Origin: a virus
Taxonomy: Duplodnaviria; Caudoviricetes
Reading direction: 5' to 3' (one strand)
Virus record (IMG/VR): IMGVR_UViG_3300035498_000745
Coordinates: 25,799-89,798 of that record
DNA: 64,000 bases
A program made the translations under genes and the position numbers. Shown piece by piece: positions 21,367 to 32,857 of the stretch (positions are counted from its first letter, which is position 1; each line of letters begins with the position of its first letter). Under the pieces are notes generated by a model, which saw nothing but the letters and a program-made list of their open reading frames with translations, searched no databases and had not been told where the DNA came from.

Positions 21367-21816
21367 ATGGGTCCATATGATGGTCATATCTATAAGCAAG
21401 CTATGTCTCTCAAACAATTAAAAGAAAGATATAGTATAATAAAACCGTATGATTCTAAAGTAGCGTATCTTAAATATGAAAGAAAAATATATGAAAAGAA
21501 GATGAAAGAAGCAAAAGAAAAACAAGCTAAATATTCTCACAGTGAATATAAAAATGATAAGATTAAAGATCTAAACCAAAGGCGAGCGTATTATTTTAGT
21601 ATAGCTATGCTTGGTAGTACTGGAGCAGCAGATGTAGCGCGCCTAGATACAATAGCTTTTACTAAGAAAGATTGGGATGATCGTATTATAAATCCAATGC
21701 AAGAATGCATAGATTGGATTGATAAAGAGCTTGATTCTTTAAATAAATCGGCTGCTAAAAATGAAGCATACGTGCGATCTGAGATTGATGAAATATTTGA
21801 TTTTACCTTAAAATAG
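21367..21816 (+). CDS. Hypothetical basic protein
   Basis: 149 aa with AGGAGGT RBS. Confidence 0.7.
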   Translation: MGPYDGHIYKQAMSLKQLKERYSIIKPYDSKVAYLKYERKIYEKKMKEAKEKQAKYSHSEYKNDKIKDLNQRRAYYFSIAMLGSTGAADVARLDTIAFTKKDWDDRIINPMQECIDWIDKELDSLNKSAAKNEAYVRSEIDEIFDFTLK

Positions 21817-21841
21817 CATGAGCGACCATATGGCTTTAATA

Positions 21842-21853
21842 AACATATGAGTA
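21842..21853 (+). promoter_or_regulatory. AACA-N6-TA late promoter of the sheath/tube operon
   Basis: AACA-tatgag-TA, 66 nt before the sheath start. Confidence 0.65.
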
Positions 21854-21918
21854 AAGCTTACCGCTTTAATTTATTTATAAATAAATTAATACAATACTAT
21901 TTAAAGGAGGTAAAATAA

Positions 21919-23778
21919 ATGAAGGGATATCCTAAATTTAAAGCAGAGATCGTTGATCAGTCTCAAATTCAGGAAATCGATACTTCTACAGTGTCAGGCC
22001 CTATTACAGTCATCATGCAGACATATACATCTGATAAAGGAACTGAAAAATGGGAAGTAATGAGTGGCTTTGATGGATTCACAGACATTAAAGGTGCCAT
22101 TAGCTTTTCTAGGCATGGACAGTCATTACTTACAGTTGCAGAAATTCTCAGAGCTGGTGGTGTAGTTTTCGGTAAGCGTCTTGTATCAGAAGATGCTGCT
22201 TTGGCTAATATTACTGTTAGAGCTAGATTGATTAAAATTGATGGTGCTACATACGTATATTATTATACAACATCATCTGAGGATGTAAAAAATTTTAAAA
22301 CTGCATATACAGATGGATATAATGACTTTGATGCAGATAATGCTGTTGCCGATGACGGCAGCGTTGATGTTCCTCTTTTTACAGTATCACCTATGGGAAG
22401 AGGAGCAAGTAATTTATTTGTAAGAATTAATCCTGAGTATTCAACTAACAGGAGTTTTGCAAATTATGCTAGATACTCTTTTGAGGTATACGAGTCTACT
22501 ACAGAGTTAGAGAGTATTTTATTCTCTATGAATCCGAATATTATTGTGGATGGAGTAGCTCAGGCTATGAATCCTAAGATTAAGGCTAATTCTGATCATG
22601 TTCAGGTAAGATTATTTGAGGATGGACTTAGTACTTTTATTAATACCCTTGCAGAAACAGCTACTGATACTAATGGAGATGCCATGTCTGTATCTGACCT
22701 GTTACTGTTAGATTTCGTATTTGGTACTGATCTTAAGGGTAAAAATAAAATTGGTAATATCTTTACTATTTCAGATTCAACAGATGATGGTAGTGATCTT
22801 TGGAGTGAAAATATTCCGTCAGATATTGCCGATGCTATTGTTGATCTTTCTGATGCAAATGGTATTAAACTTGTTAATGGCTCATATGGAGAAATGGGAA
22901 CTAGCCCTATAAATAATCCTGATGAGTATGAGAAGATGTTACTTGCTGCATGGGGCGGAAATACAGATTCTATCATCTATGATCCGATGATCTATGATAT
23001 GGATGCATTTAAGGTTGATGCTACATTTGACTGTGCATATCCGTTATCTGTTAAGAAGCAGATTCTTAATGTTGCTGATTGGAGAGGAGATTTTATGTTC
23101 TTCTCTGATCTTGGTATGGAATTTGAGGATGTTGATAGCATGATCAATTATGCTGAAGGAATTCCTAATTCAAGATATATTGCTATGTATCATAACTTCT
23201 TTAATGTATATGATCCATATACAAAGAAGGAGATTACTGTTACAATGCCGTACCTGTTAGCTATTAAGATGGTTGATCATATTGCATCTGGAGTTATTAG
23301 ACCATTCGCTGGTTATGCAAATAAGATGACCTTCCCAGAGATCATTGATGATACAATTAACTTCCTTCCGTATGATACTCCTGGAATTAATCAGAAGCAG
23401 ATGTTGGTTGATGCTAATATTAATTACATTAATTACTATGATGGTGTTCCAACAATGGATACCATGTATACTAATAATGCAGAGCATTCTCAGCTTAGCT
23501 ATATTAGTCAGGTAATGGGAGTACAGGAAATCATTAAGAGACTTCGTAGTGAGATGCCAAAATCAAGATTTACATTTATTGATGGTGACGATCTTGAAGA
23601 GTATCTTGATACAGCTAAGTCTATCATTAATGAGTATTCATCATATTACAAGAGTCTTGATGTTGTATATATGGCTGATGAAAAGTATGAAGCTAACAAG
23701 ATCTTTTATGCTACATTAACAGTTCAGTTTAAAGACTTCTTCCAGGAGGAGTACTTTAAGATTGTTGCTATTAATTAA
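21919..23778 (+). CDS. Contractile tail sheath protein
   Basis: 619 aa; N-terminal YP...SDKG...HGQ...GGVVFGKRLV pattern and sheath-like C-terminal domain; terminase-sheath-tube order as in phiKZ-like phages. Confidence 0.8.
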   Translation: MKGYPKFKAEIVDQSQIQEIDTSTVSGPITVIMQTYTSDKGTEKWEVMSGFDGFTDIKGAISFSRHGQSLLTVAEILRAGGVVFGKRLVSEDAALANITVRARLIKIDGATYVYYYTTSSEDVKNFKTAYTDGYNDFDADNAVADDGSVDVPLFTVSPMGRGASNLFVRINPEYSTNRSFANYARYSFEVYESTTELESILFSMNPNIIVDGVAQAMNPKIKANSDHVQVRLFEDGLSTFINTLAETATDTNGDAMSVSDLLLLDFVFGTDLKGKNKIGNIFTISDSTDDGSDLWSENIPSDIADAIVDLSDANGIKLVNGSYGEMGTSPINNPDEYEKMLLAAWGGNTDSIIYDPMIYDMDAFKVDATFDCAYPLSVKKQILNVADWRGDFMFFSDLGMEFEDVDSMINYAEGIPNSRYIAMYHNFFNVYDPYTKKEITVTMPYLLAIKMVDHIASGVIRPFAGYANKMTFPEIIDDTINFLPYDTPGINQKQMLVDANINYINYYDGVPTMDTMYTNNAEHSQLSYISQVMGVQEIIKRLRSEMPKSRFTFIDGDDLEEYLDTAKSIINEYSSYYKSLDVVYMADEKYEANKIFYATLTVQFKDFFQEEYFKIVAIN

Positions 23779-23797
23779 GGAAAGGAGGGCATAAATT

Positions 23798-24754
23798 ATG
23801 ATTTTAGCAGGTGAAAATAATTTTACAACTAAAAAGGATGTTGGGGCAGAGACAGATCCTAATAAGCAGATAATCAACATGTTTGCTAATACTAAAGATT
23901 TTAAAGATATATCTAGTTATCGTCTTATGCGTGGTGTTCCTGATTTTGGCTCTCTTGTACAGTTCAATCCTTATGAAACTGGATATGCAGCTTTCATTAT
24001 CTGTCAGATGCCTAAATTCATTCAGGAATTAGCAAAGTATAATTCTGATTATTATAAATTAATGGTAAACTGGGCCCACATTGTTGAGTACGAGTTTAAA
24101 TCATTTGATGGCCTTCAGGATTTGAGTGCAGATACCTACCAGTTAGGTGATGATATGAATAACATCAACGTAATTAGCAAGGTAAATATGCAGAGTGCAT
24201 CAGAGTTCTCATTAGTATATGAGGAAAAGTCTGGTTCTCCGCTTACCAAGTTTGCTAAGTTATATCTTACTGGTATCAAGGATCCACGTACACAGGTTAA
24301 AACTTATCATGGATTAATCCATTCTAATAAGATGAATCCTGGATTTGAAAATGAGGTATTTACATTCTTATATATCAATACTGATAATACCATGAGGTAT
24401 GTAGAGGCTGCATATTTGCTGATTGCTTGCCAGCTTAATAGTGCAGATACAGATATGTATAACTTTACTAAGGGCGATATTGGAAAGCGTGATACAACTG
24501 TCAAATTCAGTGGCTATCCAATTCAGTCTCCGAAGATTGATGCAGCAGCTCAGGATATGCTTACATATCTGCTTAGCTCTGATGCCAAGGCTCGCCAGAT
24601 TATTATCAATAGTAACAACTATGATTATAGTGGAACTGAGGTTATTGGAAAGACTCTTGCTAAGTACGGAGCTGGAAATTCTTATGCATCTGTAAAAGAA
24701 GCTAATAGTAGTGGAACTACTTACACAGCTTCAGACTTTTATGTAGAGTCATAG
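23798..24754 (+). CDS. Tail tube protein
   Basis: 318 aa directly after the sheath gene; FNPYETGY and GIKDPRTQVKTYHG motifs typical of jumbo-phage tubes. Confidence 0.7.
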   Translation: MILAGENNFTTKKDVGAETDPNKQIINMFANTKDFKDISSYRLMRGVPDFGSLVQFNPYETGYAAFIICQMPKFIQELAKYNSDYYKLMVNWAHIVEYEFKSFDGLQDLSADTYQLGDDMNNINVISKVNMQSASEFSLVYEEKSGSPLTKFAKLYLTGIKDPRTQVKTYHGLIHSNKMNPGFENEVFTFLYINTDNTMRYVEAAYLLIACQLNSADTDMYNFTKGDIGKRDTTVKFSGYPIQSPKIDAAAQDMLTYLLSSDAKARQIIINSNNYDYSGTEVIGKTLAKYGAGNSYASVKEANSSGTTYTASDFYVES

Positions 24755-24797
24755 ATATGGCACCCCCTATTTTTAAATATATTTTACAATAGAAGAT

Positions 24798-24821
24798 CCA
24801 GGTACCTTAATTGGTACCTGG
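24798..24821. terminator. Hairpin terminator between convergent tube and portal genes
   Basis: CCAGGTACC-ttaatt-GGTACCTGG. Confidence 0.75.
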
Positions 24822-24833
24822 TATTCTACTGGT

Positions 24834-27236
24834 TTAGCCTTCATCATTACCCTGTATAGATTCAGGATTACTAACTACATCATTTGTATATTCCTGTCTA
24901 GCCTCATTCTCAAGATTCTTAATAATATCCATTTTCAGATATGATCCTAAATGATATATCTTAAGCTTCTTGATAAATGATGCTTTTATGGCATCATTAG
25001 GCTCATCAGCCATAATAATATTTGCTACATTCTCACAATAATCATTAGTATTAACAATCAACTGGTTTGTATTGGTAACGTTAATGAATAATGGAGGAGG
25101 CAATACAACTTTAATCTGATCACTTGAAGAGAATTCCATATCATATATCTTAGTCAATAATGGTTGAATTGCAGTTTCAAATTTAGATTGACGACCATAT
25201 ACAAATCTTAAGAATTTTGAATTACTCATTGTAAGCTGCATTGCATACTCTGGAGATTGTCTATTCTGAATAATCTCAATTGGTACTCCGGTTACATTGA
25301 TAGCTGACTCTTCAAGAATATTAAGAAGTTCAGTTTTAATCTCTATCTGCTGACCCTGCATCACTTCAAATTCTATTGGAGATTGACCATCTGCTCCTCT
25401 AGGAATAATATAATCATTAAATCTTCCTGTAACGTTAAGTACTGAATTAATATTCTCTACCTGACGAATACCAAAGTTAGATTTCTTAATCTCATTAATA
25501 GTCTTAAGCAATGTCTTAGATATATTAGTATCAACAGATTGCCTTACATAATATACTCTCTTATCATTGCCTCTAGTCATAATAGCTAAACAGTTTGTAA
25601 TATAAATTGCTACCCACAATTTAGCAGGAATTAATGAAAGACTAAGATCTGAAATCCCTCTGCCAGTATCTTCATCAAGTTTGAAATAAATATGATGGAT
25701 ATCTTCTGGTGGGATATATGATACTCTAATACTATTATGCATTGCTGCTGCCTGATTAAAATCATCATTATATTTTAAGATATAATAGATCTCTTTCTTA
25801 AGATCTTGATTAGCATTAATAAACTGATGATCAATCTTATCAGCTAACTGAGTGGCAATACTTCTAAGAAGTTCTTCTCTTCTTTGCATTGTATCAAAAT
25901 TCTCATCTCTGTTAGTATTCATCAATCCAGTAATAGTATTAACCATTCCAGTAGTAGTATATCTTTCATCAAATATACCCTGATTATTATCAAATTCAAA
26001 ATAATAATAGCCTAAACAAATATCATTTAAAACTATAGGAGTTACTCTCTCGCGCTTTAATTTCTTAACTATACACCCGTTGATGTTGGCAATCTTCTTT
26101 TTTTGTTTCTGTGAATTTACAAGTCCATCAGCTGACGGATCAGAAGTGTTAGGGAGCTCCAAATTATCATCAAGTGTATGATCAAAATTATGATGCACTG
26201 GTAATCTACCATTATATTCAGCATCATGATCAATAGTATCATTAAACTTATATGGTCTTCCATCATTTCTAATATCTATAGTCTCAGCTTCAGATAATGG
26301 AATTCTTCCTTCATCCAATGCTGTTTCTGCAAAATATTGTTCTGTTAAAGATTCTTTAGCAACCTGAGTACGCTTTTCTCTAACCATCTTTTCAGTTTCT
26401 ACAATAGAAGATATAATTCCATTTTCAAATGTTACATCTAGATTATACCCATTATTACTAGACTCAGATAAATTATATCCATTTGGTAAATTGATTCTTT
26501 CTGTACCATTATCTGACTCCATAATTATACAGTTTTCTCTATAATTAGTATTAAAACTAACTCCCTGAGAAGAGTACTTAGTGTCCATAAGTTTCTGTAT
26601 AGCTTTGGTATATGGAACACAATATACAAAAACTTCACCATATTTTGAAGTCTCATAATATATATCATTAACGAATTCCAATAAATCATATCTCTCTTTA
26701 AGCTCATCCACATTACGAGAGAATTGTGCAGAATCTCTATCAGAGATACTGAATGATGATTCTATATTAAGATAATCTTTTGAGAAACTATCGGACGATA
26801 ATACATTATCTCTTATAGTTTGTAATGCTTCTTCAAGCTTAGGCATATACTTAAGCACTTCATCAATTTCTTGATCTATAGCTCTTACCCATCTATTATC
26901 CAGATAGGAATTAGCAATATTATTTACAAAATCATTATCTCCAAAGATTTTCTCAAACTCACTTACAGTTCCAGGATCATTCTGTGTTTTTAATAACAAT
27001 CTCTCATATAGTTTAGATATATTAGGCTCACCTATATTATCAGAATTAGTATCCATTATTGATTTAATAGAACTAGAAATATCTGACTTAAGTGATTGTA
27101 ATTGCTGTTTATTTGTAGGATCTGAATAGTATGTGGATCTATATAAGCTACTTATATTATCTTGAGATCTATTTGCAAGTCTATTGATTAAACCAAATTG
27201 AATTGGTTTTTTATCTTGCTTATTATTCTTAGCCAT
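24834..27236 (-). CDS. Portal protein
   Basis: 800 aa; KYGEVFVY, RGNDKRVYYV, DYIIPR and TGVP motifs resemble T4 gp20/phiKZ-type portals; late promoter motif at 27259..27270. Confidence 0.75.
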   Translation of the reverse strand: MAKNNKQDKKPIQFGLINRLANRSQDNISSLYRSTYYSDPTNKQQLQSLKSDISSSIKSIMDTNSDNIGEPNISKLYERLLLKTQNDPGTVSEFEKIFGDNDFVNNIANSYLDNRWVRAIDQEIDEVLKYMPKLEEALQTIRDNVLSSDSFSKDYLNIESSFSISDRDSAQFSRNVDELKERYDLLEFVNDIYYETSKYGEVFVYCVPYTKAIQKLMDTKYSSQGVSFNTNYRENCIIMESDNGTERINLPNGYNLSESSNNGYNLDVTFENGIISSIVETEKMVREKRTQVAKESLTEQYFAETALDEGRIPLSEAETIDIRNDGRPYKFNDTIDHDAEYNGRLPVHHNFDHTLDDNLELPNTSDPSADGLVNSQKQKKKIANINGCIVKKLKRERVTPIVLNDICLGYYYFEFDNNQGIFDERYTTTGMVNTITGLMNTNRDENFDTMQRREELLRSIATQLADKIDHQFINANQDLKKEIYYILKYNDDFNQAAAMHNSIRVSYIPPEDIHHIYFKLDEDTGRGISDLSLSLIPAKLWVAIYITNCLAIMTRGNDKRVYYVRQSVDTNISKTLLKTINEIKKSNFGIRQVENINSVLNVTGRFNDYIIPRGADGQSPIEFEVMQGQQIEIKTELLNILEESAINVTGVPIEIIQNRQSPEYAMQLTMSNSKFLRFVYGRQSKFETAIQPLLTKIYDMEFSSSDQIKVVLPPPLFINVTNTNQLIVNTNDYCENVANIIMADEPNDAIKASFIKKLKIYHLGSYLKMDIIKNLENEARQEYTNDVVSNPESIQGNDEG

Positions 27237-27318
27237 GATCTTACCTCCTTTAATAATTTATTTTGATGTTTTTGCATATAGAATAAAGTGATGGAGGCCA
27301 ATAAGACCTCCATCATAA

Positions 27319-27960
27319 TTAGAAAACGTTTAAATACGGTATATAAATAGACACTAAAAATTTAGGTTTTTTAACTTTAAAATTGGCTATAAATGTATGT
27401 GGCATTTGCCCATCACATACTCTAAGATAAATCTTATCATTCTTATTAAGTGGTAATAATCCACTAAATAAAGTCATATAATATCTGTTTTTAAATCTAT
27501 AATGAATAGTTCCATCTGTCTTTCTCATAGAATATAATTGTAATAAATCCGATGTTACTTCCTCTTCTACTTTAGAAAACATATTCATCTTATGCTCTAT
27601 TTCTTCTATATAGTTTAATCTAGAATATATATTCTTATTTAGCATAGCATCTATATTAATATTCAATTCTACAGCTCCTACAGTAGTATGAAATACATTA
27701 TTTGGATTCATTGTATCAACTACAAATTTAGATTCTGTAGTTATAGATTTTATAAATTTAGATAACTCTCTTTGATCAAATACTAGCGGTACTAAACAAA
27801 CATTAGACATCTTTGTTGGGTCTAATTTTGTTTTTATTGCGTATATGTCCATGTTATCTAATCCTATGATAGTGTTATCAATAAGAGCAAAGTGCCTATT
27901 TTTAAGACACTTTGCTGCTTCATTTATATAAACCAAATCGCTAATTGTTAGTTCTATCAT
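27319..27960 (-). CDS. Hypothetical protein coupled to the polymerase exonuclease gene; candidate sliding clamp
   Basis: 213 aa, overlaps the end of the upstream polymerase gene; N-terminal pattern reminiscent of T4 gp45/PCNA (fold is inference only). Confidence 0.7.
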   Translation of the reverse strand: MIELTISDLVYINEAAKCLKNRHFALIDNTIIGLDNMDIYAIKTKLDPTKMSNVCLVPLVFDQRELSKFIKSITTESKFVVDTMNPNNVFHTTVGAVELNINIDAMLNKNIYSRLNYIEEIEHKMNMFSKVEEEVTSDLLQLYSMRKTDGTIHYRFKNRYYMTLFSGLLPLNKNDKIYLRVCDGQMPHTFIANFKVKKPKFLVSIYIPYLNVF

Positions 27961-30522
27961 TCCAAATCTCCTTTAAATTAATCTTAGGCATAATATCTAC
28001 TCTTACACACATATTTCTATTAACACTATTATCTACAATAGAACACATTACTCTATTTTGAGTATTAATAACAGTATGATACATAAATCTATTACCTGTA
28101 AGAGTATCAGCATATCTAAATCTAGATAATGGATTTTCTATTGTTGAGAAATATTTGATTATATCATCATACATTTCTTCATAATTGGCAAGATGTAGAT
28201 ATCTATGGCAGAAATTCAATCTGTCACCACAAATAAGATCTTCCATAAACCAAACTGAACGATCAAAATATGGATTATTAAATCTATCTTCCTTATTATC
28301 TAATTTTTCTGGTAATAAAACTTTACCTCTCATTGTATTTGGAGCTATATTATTCTCATTAATAATAGAAGGATAAAGAGCTTTATACATTGTCTTCACA
28401 TAGGTCGTTAATCTATGCAGTTCTCTTATGAACTTCCTTAGTATTTCTCTAAGAGTTGAGACTATATCATCATCCTTAGCTTTACCTATTAGGATGCTCT
28501 TCCACTTTGATTTAAAGGGTTCTCACCTACCTACTTAGGCCCTACTCCTGTTGCTGAATTTCACAGCCCATAATGGGGATAGTCGTTGAACTTTATTCTA
28601 AAATATATAATTAGATGAAATATTAGTATAGTATTTTCTTGTTATTTTATAATAATCATATATAGAGTCTACAACAGATTTATCTAAATCAATTATAATT
28701 TCATCATGCATCAAATTTAAAGTTGTCACTATAACATTGTTTTTATATCTTTTAGCTATAAGAATCGCCTCCTTATAACTAATATTTCATCTTTTTTAGA
28801 ATCTTAGACGCTGATTGCACATTGTACAAATCCTTAGGACCAACTATTTCTAATTGGCTTTTATTTCACCTTAGATCATCTCTCTACTTGTTTCTGATTT
28901 TCATCTCCATATAGGCAAGAGAGCTTTAGCACTTCCCAGCTATTCAAAAGAGTTACATCCTCAGTATTACTACTAAAAACGGACTATAATTAATCAAAAT
29001 CGTCAAGATTATCACATATATTTATAGCTTTACCATTTACTTTATTCTTAGGTTTATCGCTTACTAATAATGGATCAGCTACATATGCTCCAGCAAATCC
29101 TTCTTTTTCATTAGATTTATTTACATTATTACCCATAATATAACCCATATTATAGAAATCCATAATTCCTCGATTTACTAAATAAGTTGTCTGCCTATGG
29201 ATTTTAGCATATCTAGTTCCTACATTTAGCGATTTACTGAATACAAAATCTATATCACCAACTATATGCTCAATACATAACTGAACTATTGTATCCATAA
29301 CGTTATAAAATACAAATGTTTTATAATCTAAATATGGAAGTTCAGTAATATTTCTAGTAATATGAGAATAATCTAATTTTCTTACTTCAGCAATTGCATC
29401 ACCAACAAAATCAAGTTTATAGCTAGTAATTTTACCTTTCTTCTCACCTTTACGTCTAGAAGCAAATGTAATTAACTGATCCATATAAACTGTATATGAT
29501 GATACTAAAGCATAATCACCTCTAGCTTCAAACATTTGAGCTCTCTTATCTATGAAATAGTAACAATCTTTTACTTTAAAATCAGGATCACATACTATTT
29601 CATTTGGATCATATCCTAATCTAGCAATACGAGCAATTATATATGGTAAGTCGAACGCTATATTCCATGCTAATGCAAAATCCGGTCTAGTTTTATTTAT
29701 ATACTTAAACATATCACGAATAAGCATTATCTCTTCATCATAAAATACAATACTATATTCAAATTCATCTAATCCATATAACTTTTCTTTCTTCCATCCT
29801 CCTACATTTTCTTTAACAAATTCTTTTAGATCTTTTGTTATATCTGGTATTCTGGAGAATTCTTCTATTAATGGATTATTATAATTTTTCAATAGAAGAG
29901 TATATATCATTTTATTATATTCATCTACTAAAGTTATAGCATTTATCGGGCACTCTCCTGGCTCTGGAAAATCTCCTATCATATCTTTAGTATCAACCTC
30001 AATATCGAAATATAATTTTGTTGGAGAATATGATTCATTCCTATAAGTTTTATTAAATTCTATCCTATAGAAATCTTCTATATTCATATCAGCATTAAAT
30101 ATCTTAGGAATAGTATAAAGTTTTTCATTCTCTCTATAATTCCCATTACTAATATTATCATAAAAGAAATCCAGATTATCAGTTTTTTCAGCTATACTTT
30201 TTAATACATCTCTATATTTGCAAGTTACTGGATGCACACTATCTTTATCTATGAATAACATATTATGAGTTACCTGAACATCATCATTTGCAATATAGTA
30301 AGTATACGTCGGTTCTTCTATATGCTCAAATTTTTTCTCTCCAGTATCTAAATCTCTAAATACAATATCTATAGAATCTTTTCCATATTTGCCGGTTTCT
30401 GGATCTTTTTTGCTTTTATGATATATTGTATTTATAATAGTTATATTACTGCCTGGTTCATATCCTTTAACCCTAAACATAAACAACCTCCATTTCCATA
30501 TAAATTTATTAATATTCTTCAA
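27941..30522 (-). CDS. Family B DNA polymerase, 3'-5' exonuclease plus motif A half; join(28993..30522,27941..28387)
   Basis: ExoI FDIEVD, ExoII WNIAFDLPY, ExoIII YNVMD; splicing gives motif A DDFD|YKALYPSII. GGAGG RBS favours a start at 30480. Confidence 0.9.
28388..28992 (-). mobile_element. Group I intron (605 nt) in polymerase motif A
   Basis: P1 GAT|T..AGTC with U-G; P10 TTATA/TATAA; conserved core; ends GAAGACAATG; holds a 53-codon remnant ORF (28598..28759, AAGGAGG then ATA) inside an inverted repeat. Confidence 0.92.
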
Positions 30523-30567
30523 TTAATTAGATGTGTTTTAAACTTTATATTTAGAAACATTTGATTA

Positions 30568-30817
30568 ATAGCGAATATAATTATTGCCTGGATAAATTTA
30601 TTCGCTATGCATACTGCTAATTTGTTGATTTTCGCATTTGCAAAACCTTTTGTGTCATTAGATAATTGCTAATTGTTCTGGACGAATCATTTGTTTAAGT
30701 TAAGTGACTCCGCACTTAACACTCCTTTCTAAAACTTACGTTTTTAGTTGAATTGAAATAGTTTCGCGCTACAAAATTACTCCTCATATTACCTAGGGCT
30801 ACAGGCGGCCCTAGGTT
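30568..30817 (+). ncRNA. Candidate ~250-nt small RNA
   Basis: AACA-N6-TA at 30556, 5' hairpin ATAGCGAAT/ATTCGCTAT, internal hairpin GTTAAGTG/CACTTAAC, 3' hairpin ACCTAGGGC/GCCCTAGGT; no credible ORF. Confidence 0.5.
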
Positions 30818-30877
30818 ATATGCTCGTTTTGCAATCTATAAACATGGAATATAAATAATTAATATGGAGGTGGACTT

Positions 30878-31807
30878 ATGCCTAAGAAAGGTACTGATGT
30901 TGGATTTAATGTAAAATCATTTGTTACTGGTTCTGAAGAGTGTAAAGACCATACTATTAATGGGACTAATATGGTTGTTGTATCAGAGCAGTTACCAGCA
31001 GAAAAAAAGACTAGAAAAAAGAAAGAAACTACAGTAGTTGCAAATCCTGCTACTGCTGTTCCTCAAACTAGTATGTCATATATACAGGATAATATTCCTT
31101 ATGCTACAGCATACCAAGAGACAAATCAACAGCTTGATGAAGCTATTACTCAGCTTAATTATTTAGCCGGTGAATTGACTGCTGATTTGCAACAGGTAAG
31201 ATCATCTAAGACTCTTAGGAACAAATATAACTATATTAATGATATGACAGAAACTACAGCATCTATTATTAGTTCTAAGATTAATGCAATTAAAGAAAAA
31301 AATAAGACAATAAATGATGTAAATCATCTTGAAATTGCACGTATGAAGGAGCTTAAATCTATTGCTAATGAGGAAGATGATAACTCTAGAATTGCTAATA
31401 TGTATGATGCATTTGTAAATACACCAATTGGTGCTGGACCTAACGTATTGGGACCATCTATGCAACAAATCATTATGCCAGACTATTCTGATTTGAATAG
31501 GGTTTCTTTGGGCAATGATCAGGCTGCATGGGAACAAAGTTTAAACCCTGCTGAGAATAGGATGGTTCTTGAAGCTAAGGGGACTATAGAAACAGTTGTA
31601 ATGTATGATGCTCAGACTGGCAATAGATGGTTTGAGGTTTTAGATAAGAATACTAGAGAACCAGTTCCTAATGTAGAAAAACCTAATGATGATTATATAT
31701 ATGAATTAGATATTAATCAACGTGGAGGATTTGCTAAGGATTCTAATAGGAATACAATATACCCTCTTATAGTGATTAATAATGGACCAGACATGTCAGA
31801 ATATTAA
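30878..31807 (+). CDS. Hypothetical coiled-coil protein
   Basis: 309 aa, GGAGGT RBS. Confidence 0.8.
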   Translation: MPKKGTDVGFNVKSFVTGSEECKDHTINGTNMVVVSEQLPAEKKTRKKKETTVVANPATAVPQTSMSYIQDNIPYATAYQETNQQLDEAITQLNYLAGELTADLQQVRSSKTLRNKYNYINDMTETTASIISSKINAIKEKNKTINDVNHLEIARMKELKSIANEEDDNSRIANMYDAFVNTPIGAGPNVLGPSMQQIIMPDYSDLNRVSLGNDQAAWEQSLNPAENRMVLEAKGTIETVVMYDAQTGNRWFEVLDKNTREPVPNVEKPNDDYIYELDINQRGGFAKDSNRNTIYPLIVINNGPDMSEY

Positions 31808-31817
31808 AATAAATTTA

Positions 31818-31843
31818 ATAGGCTACCATTTCTGGTAGCCTAT
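31818..31843. terminator. Hairpin terminator between convergent genes
   Basis: ATAGGCTACCA-tttc-TGGTAGCCTAT. Confidence 0.75.
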
Positions 31844-31847
31844 ATAA

Positions 31848-32828
31848 TTATTCTTTTTGAGAAATTATAACATCAATTATCTTATTGATGGTTTCTTTTG
31901 TTAATGATGCTCCAGCAGCTTTATCATGACCTCCGCCACCAAATCTATAAGCTATATCTGTACCGAGATGTATACTATCTTTAATAGTTCTAAATTCTAA
32001 TGTAAATCTTTTCATGTTTATGCATATCACATAATCAAGATTTCTATTCTCTTCACAGATTCTTGAACATACAACAGATACATATGAATTGCCAAAATAG
32101 ATACCTACATTTAACCCGTCAATTTTCTTACAAATCATGTTGTATATGGCATCATTATAAGCCCTATCTTCTGCATCAAATGCTGCTTTTATAATTTTTG
32201 TATGCTCTAAAGTAAATAACGGAAATAAAGTTGAATCGTCTGCTAAGTAATCTGTTTCCATCTGATACATAAATTCTTCTCTATCCATATTCATGAATAA
32301 ATAATTAAGAGCTTTTGCAGCATACTTATAATTATTATCATCTGTAAGTTTTTTGAATTCAAATGTATCCCATAACCTTACAGTACTTACAAATCTTTTT
32401 ACAGCATCTGGTGCCCAATTTGTATTTACATACAATTTTTCTGCAAGTAATGATGCTCCACATGTTAAATATTCAGCTCCCTTAGTATTATGATCTATAC
32501 AAACATCAGCCCAATTATATTTATTAAGATATAAAGCAGTCTTATGATGATCTAAAAGATGAAGATCAATATTATGATCATAATGATAGTTATCTAAGGT
32601 AATTGCAGTTTCTTTGCTTACAGAAATATCAGTGATATACATTATAGATCCATCTTCTACATTATTACAGTTTATAAGATCTAATACTTTTTTATCTATA
32701 TCATTGTAGTTGCAAAACTGTGTGTTCAAGATATAATCATTTCTGTAATTACTAATAAATTTATGTAACAGTATAGCACACGCTACACCATCAAGATCAG
32801 TATGGGTAAAAAGATAAATCTGTTTCAT
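31848..32828 (-). CDS. DHH/DHHA1 family phosphoesterase (NrnB/oligoribonuclease-like)
   Basis: HTDLDG, ITDIS, LDHH and GGGGHDKAAG motifs. Confidence 0.9.
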   Translation of the reverse strand: MKQIYLFTHTDLDGVACAILLHKFISNYRNDYILNTQFCNYNDIDKKVLDLINCNNVEDGSIMYITDISVSKETAITLDNYHYDHNIDLHLLDHHKTALYLNKYNWADVCIDHNTKGAEYLTCGASLLAEKLYVNTNWAPDAVKRFVSTVRLWDTFEFKKLTDDNNYKYAAKALNYLFMNMDREEFMYQMETDYLADDSTLFPLFTLEHTKIIKAAFDAEDRAYNDAIYNMICKKIDGLNVGIYFGNSYVSVVCSRICEENRNLDYVICINMKRFTLEFRTIKDSIHLGTDIAYRFGGGGHDKAAGASLTKETINKIIDVIISQKE

Positions 32829-32857
32829 ATATAGTCCTCCATTATAATTTTAAGTTA

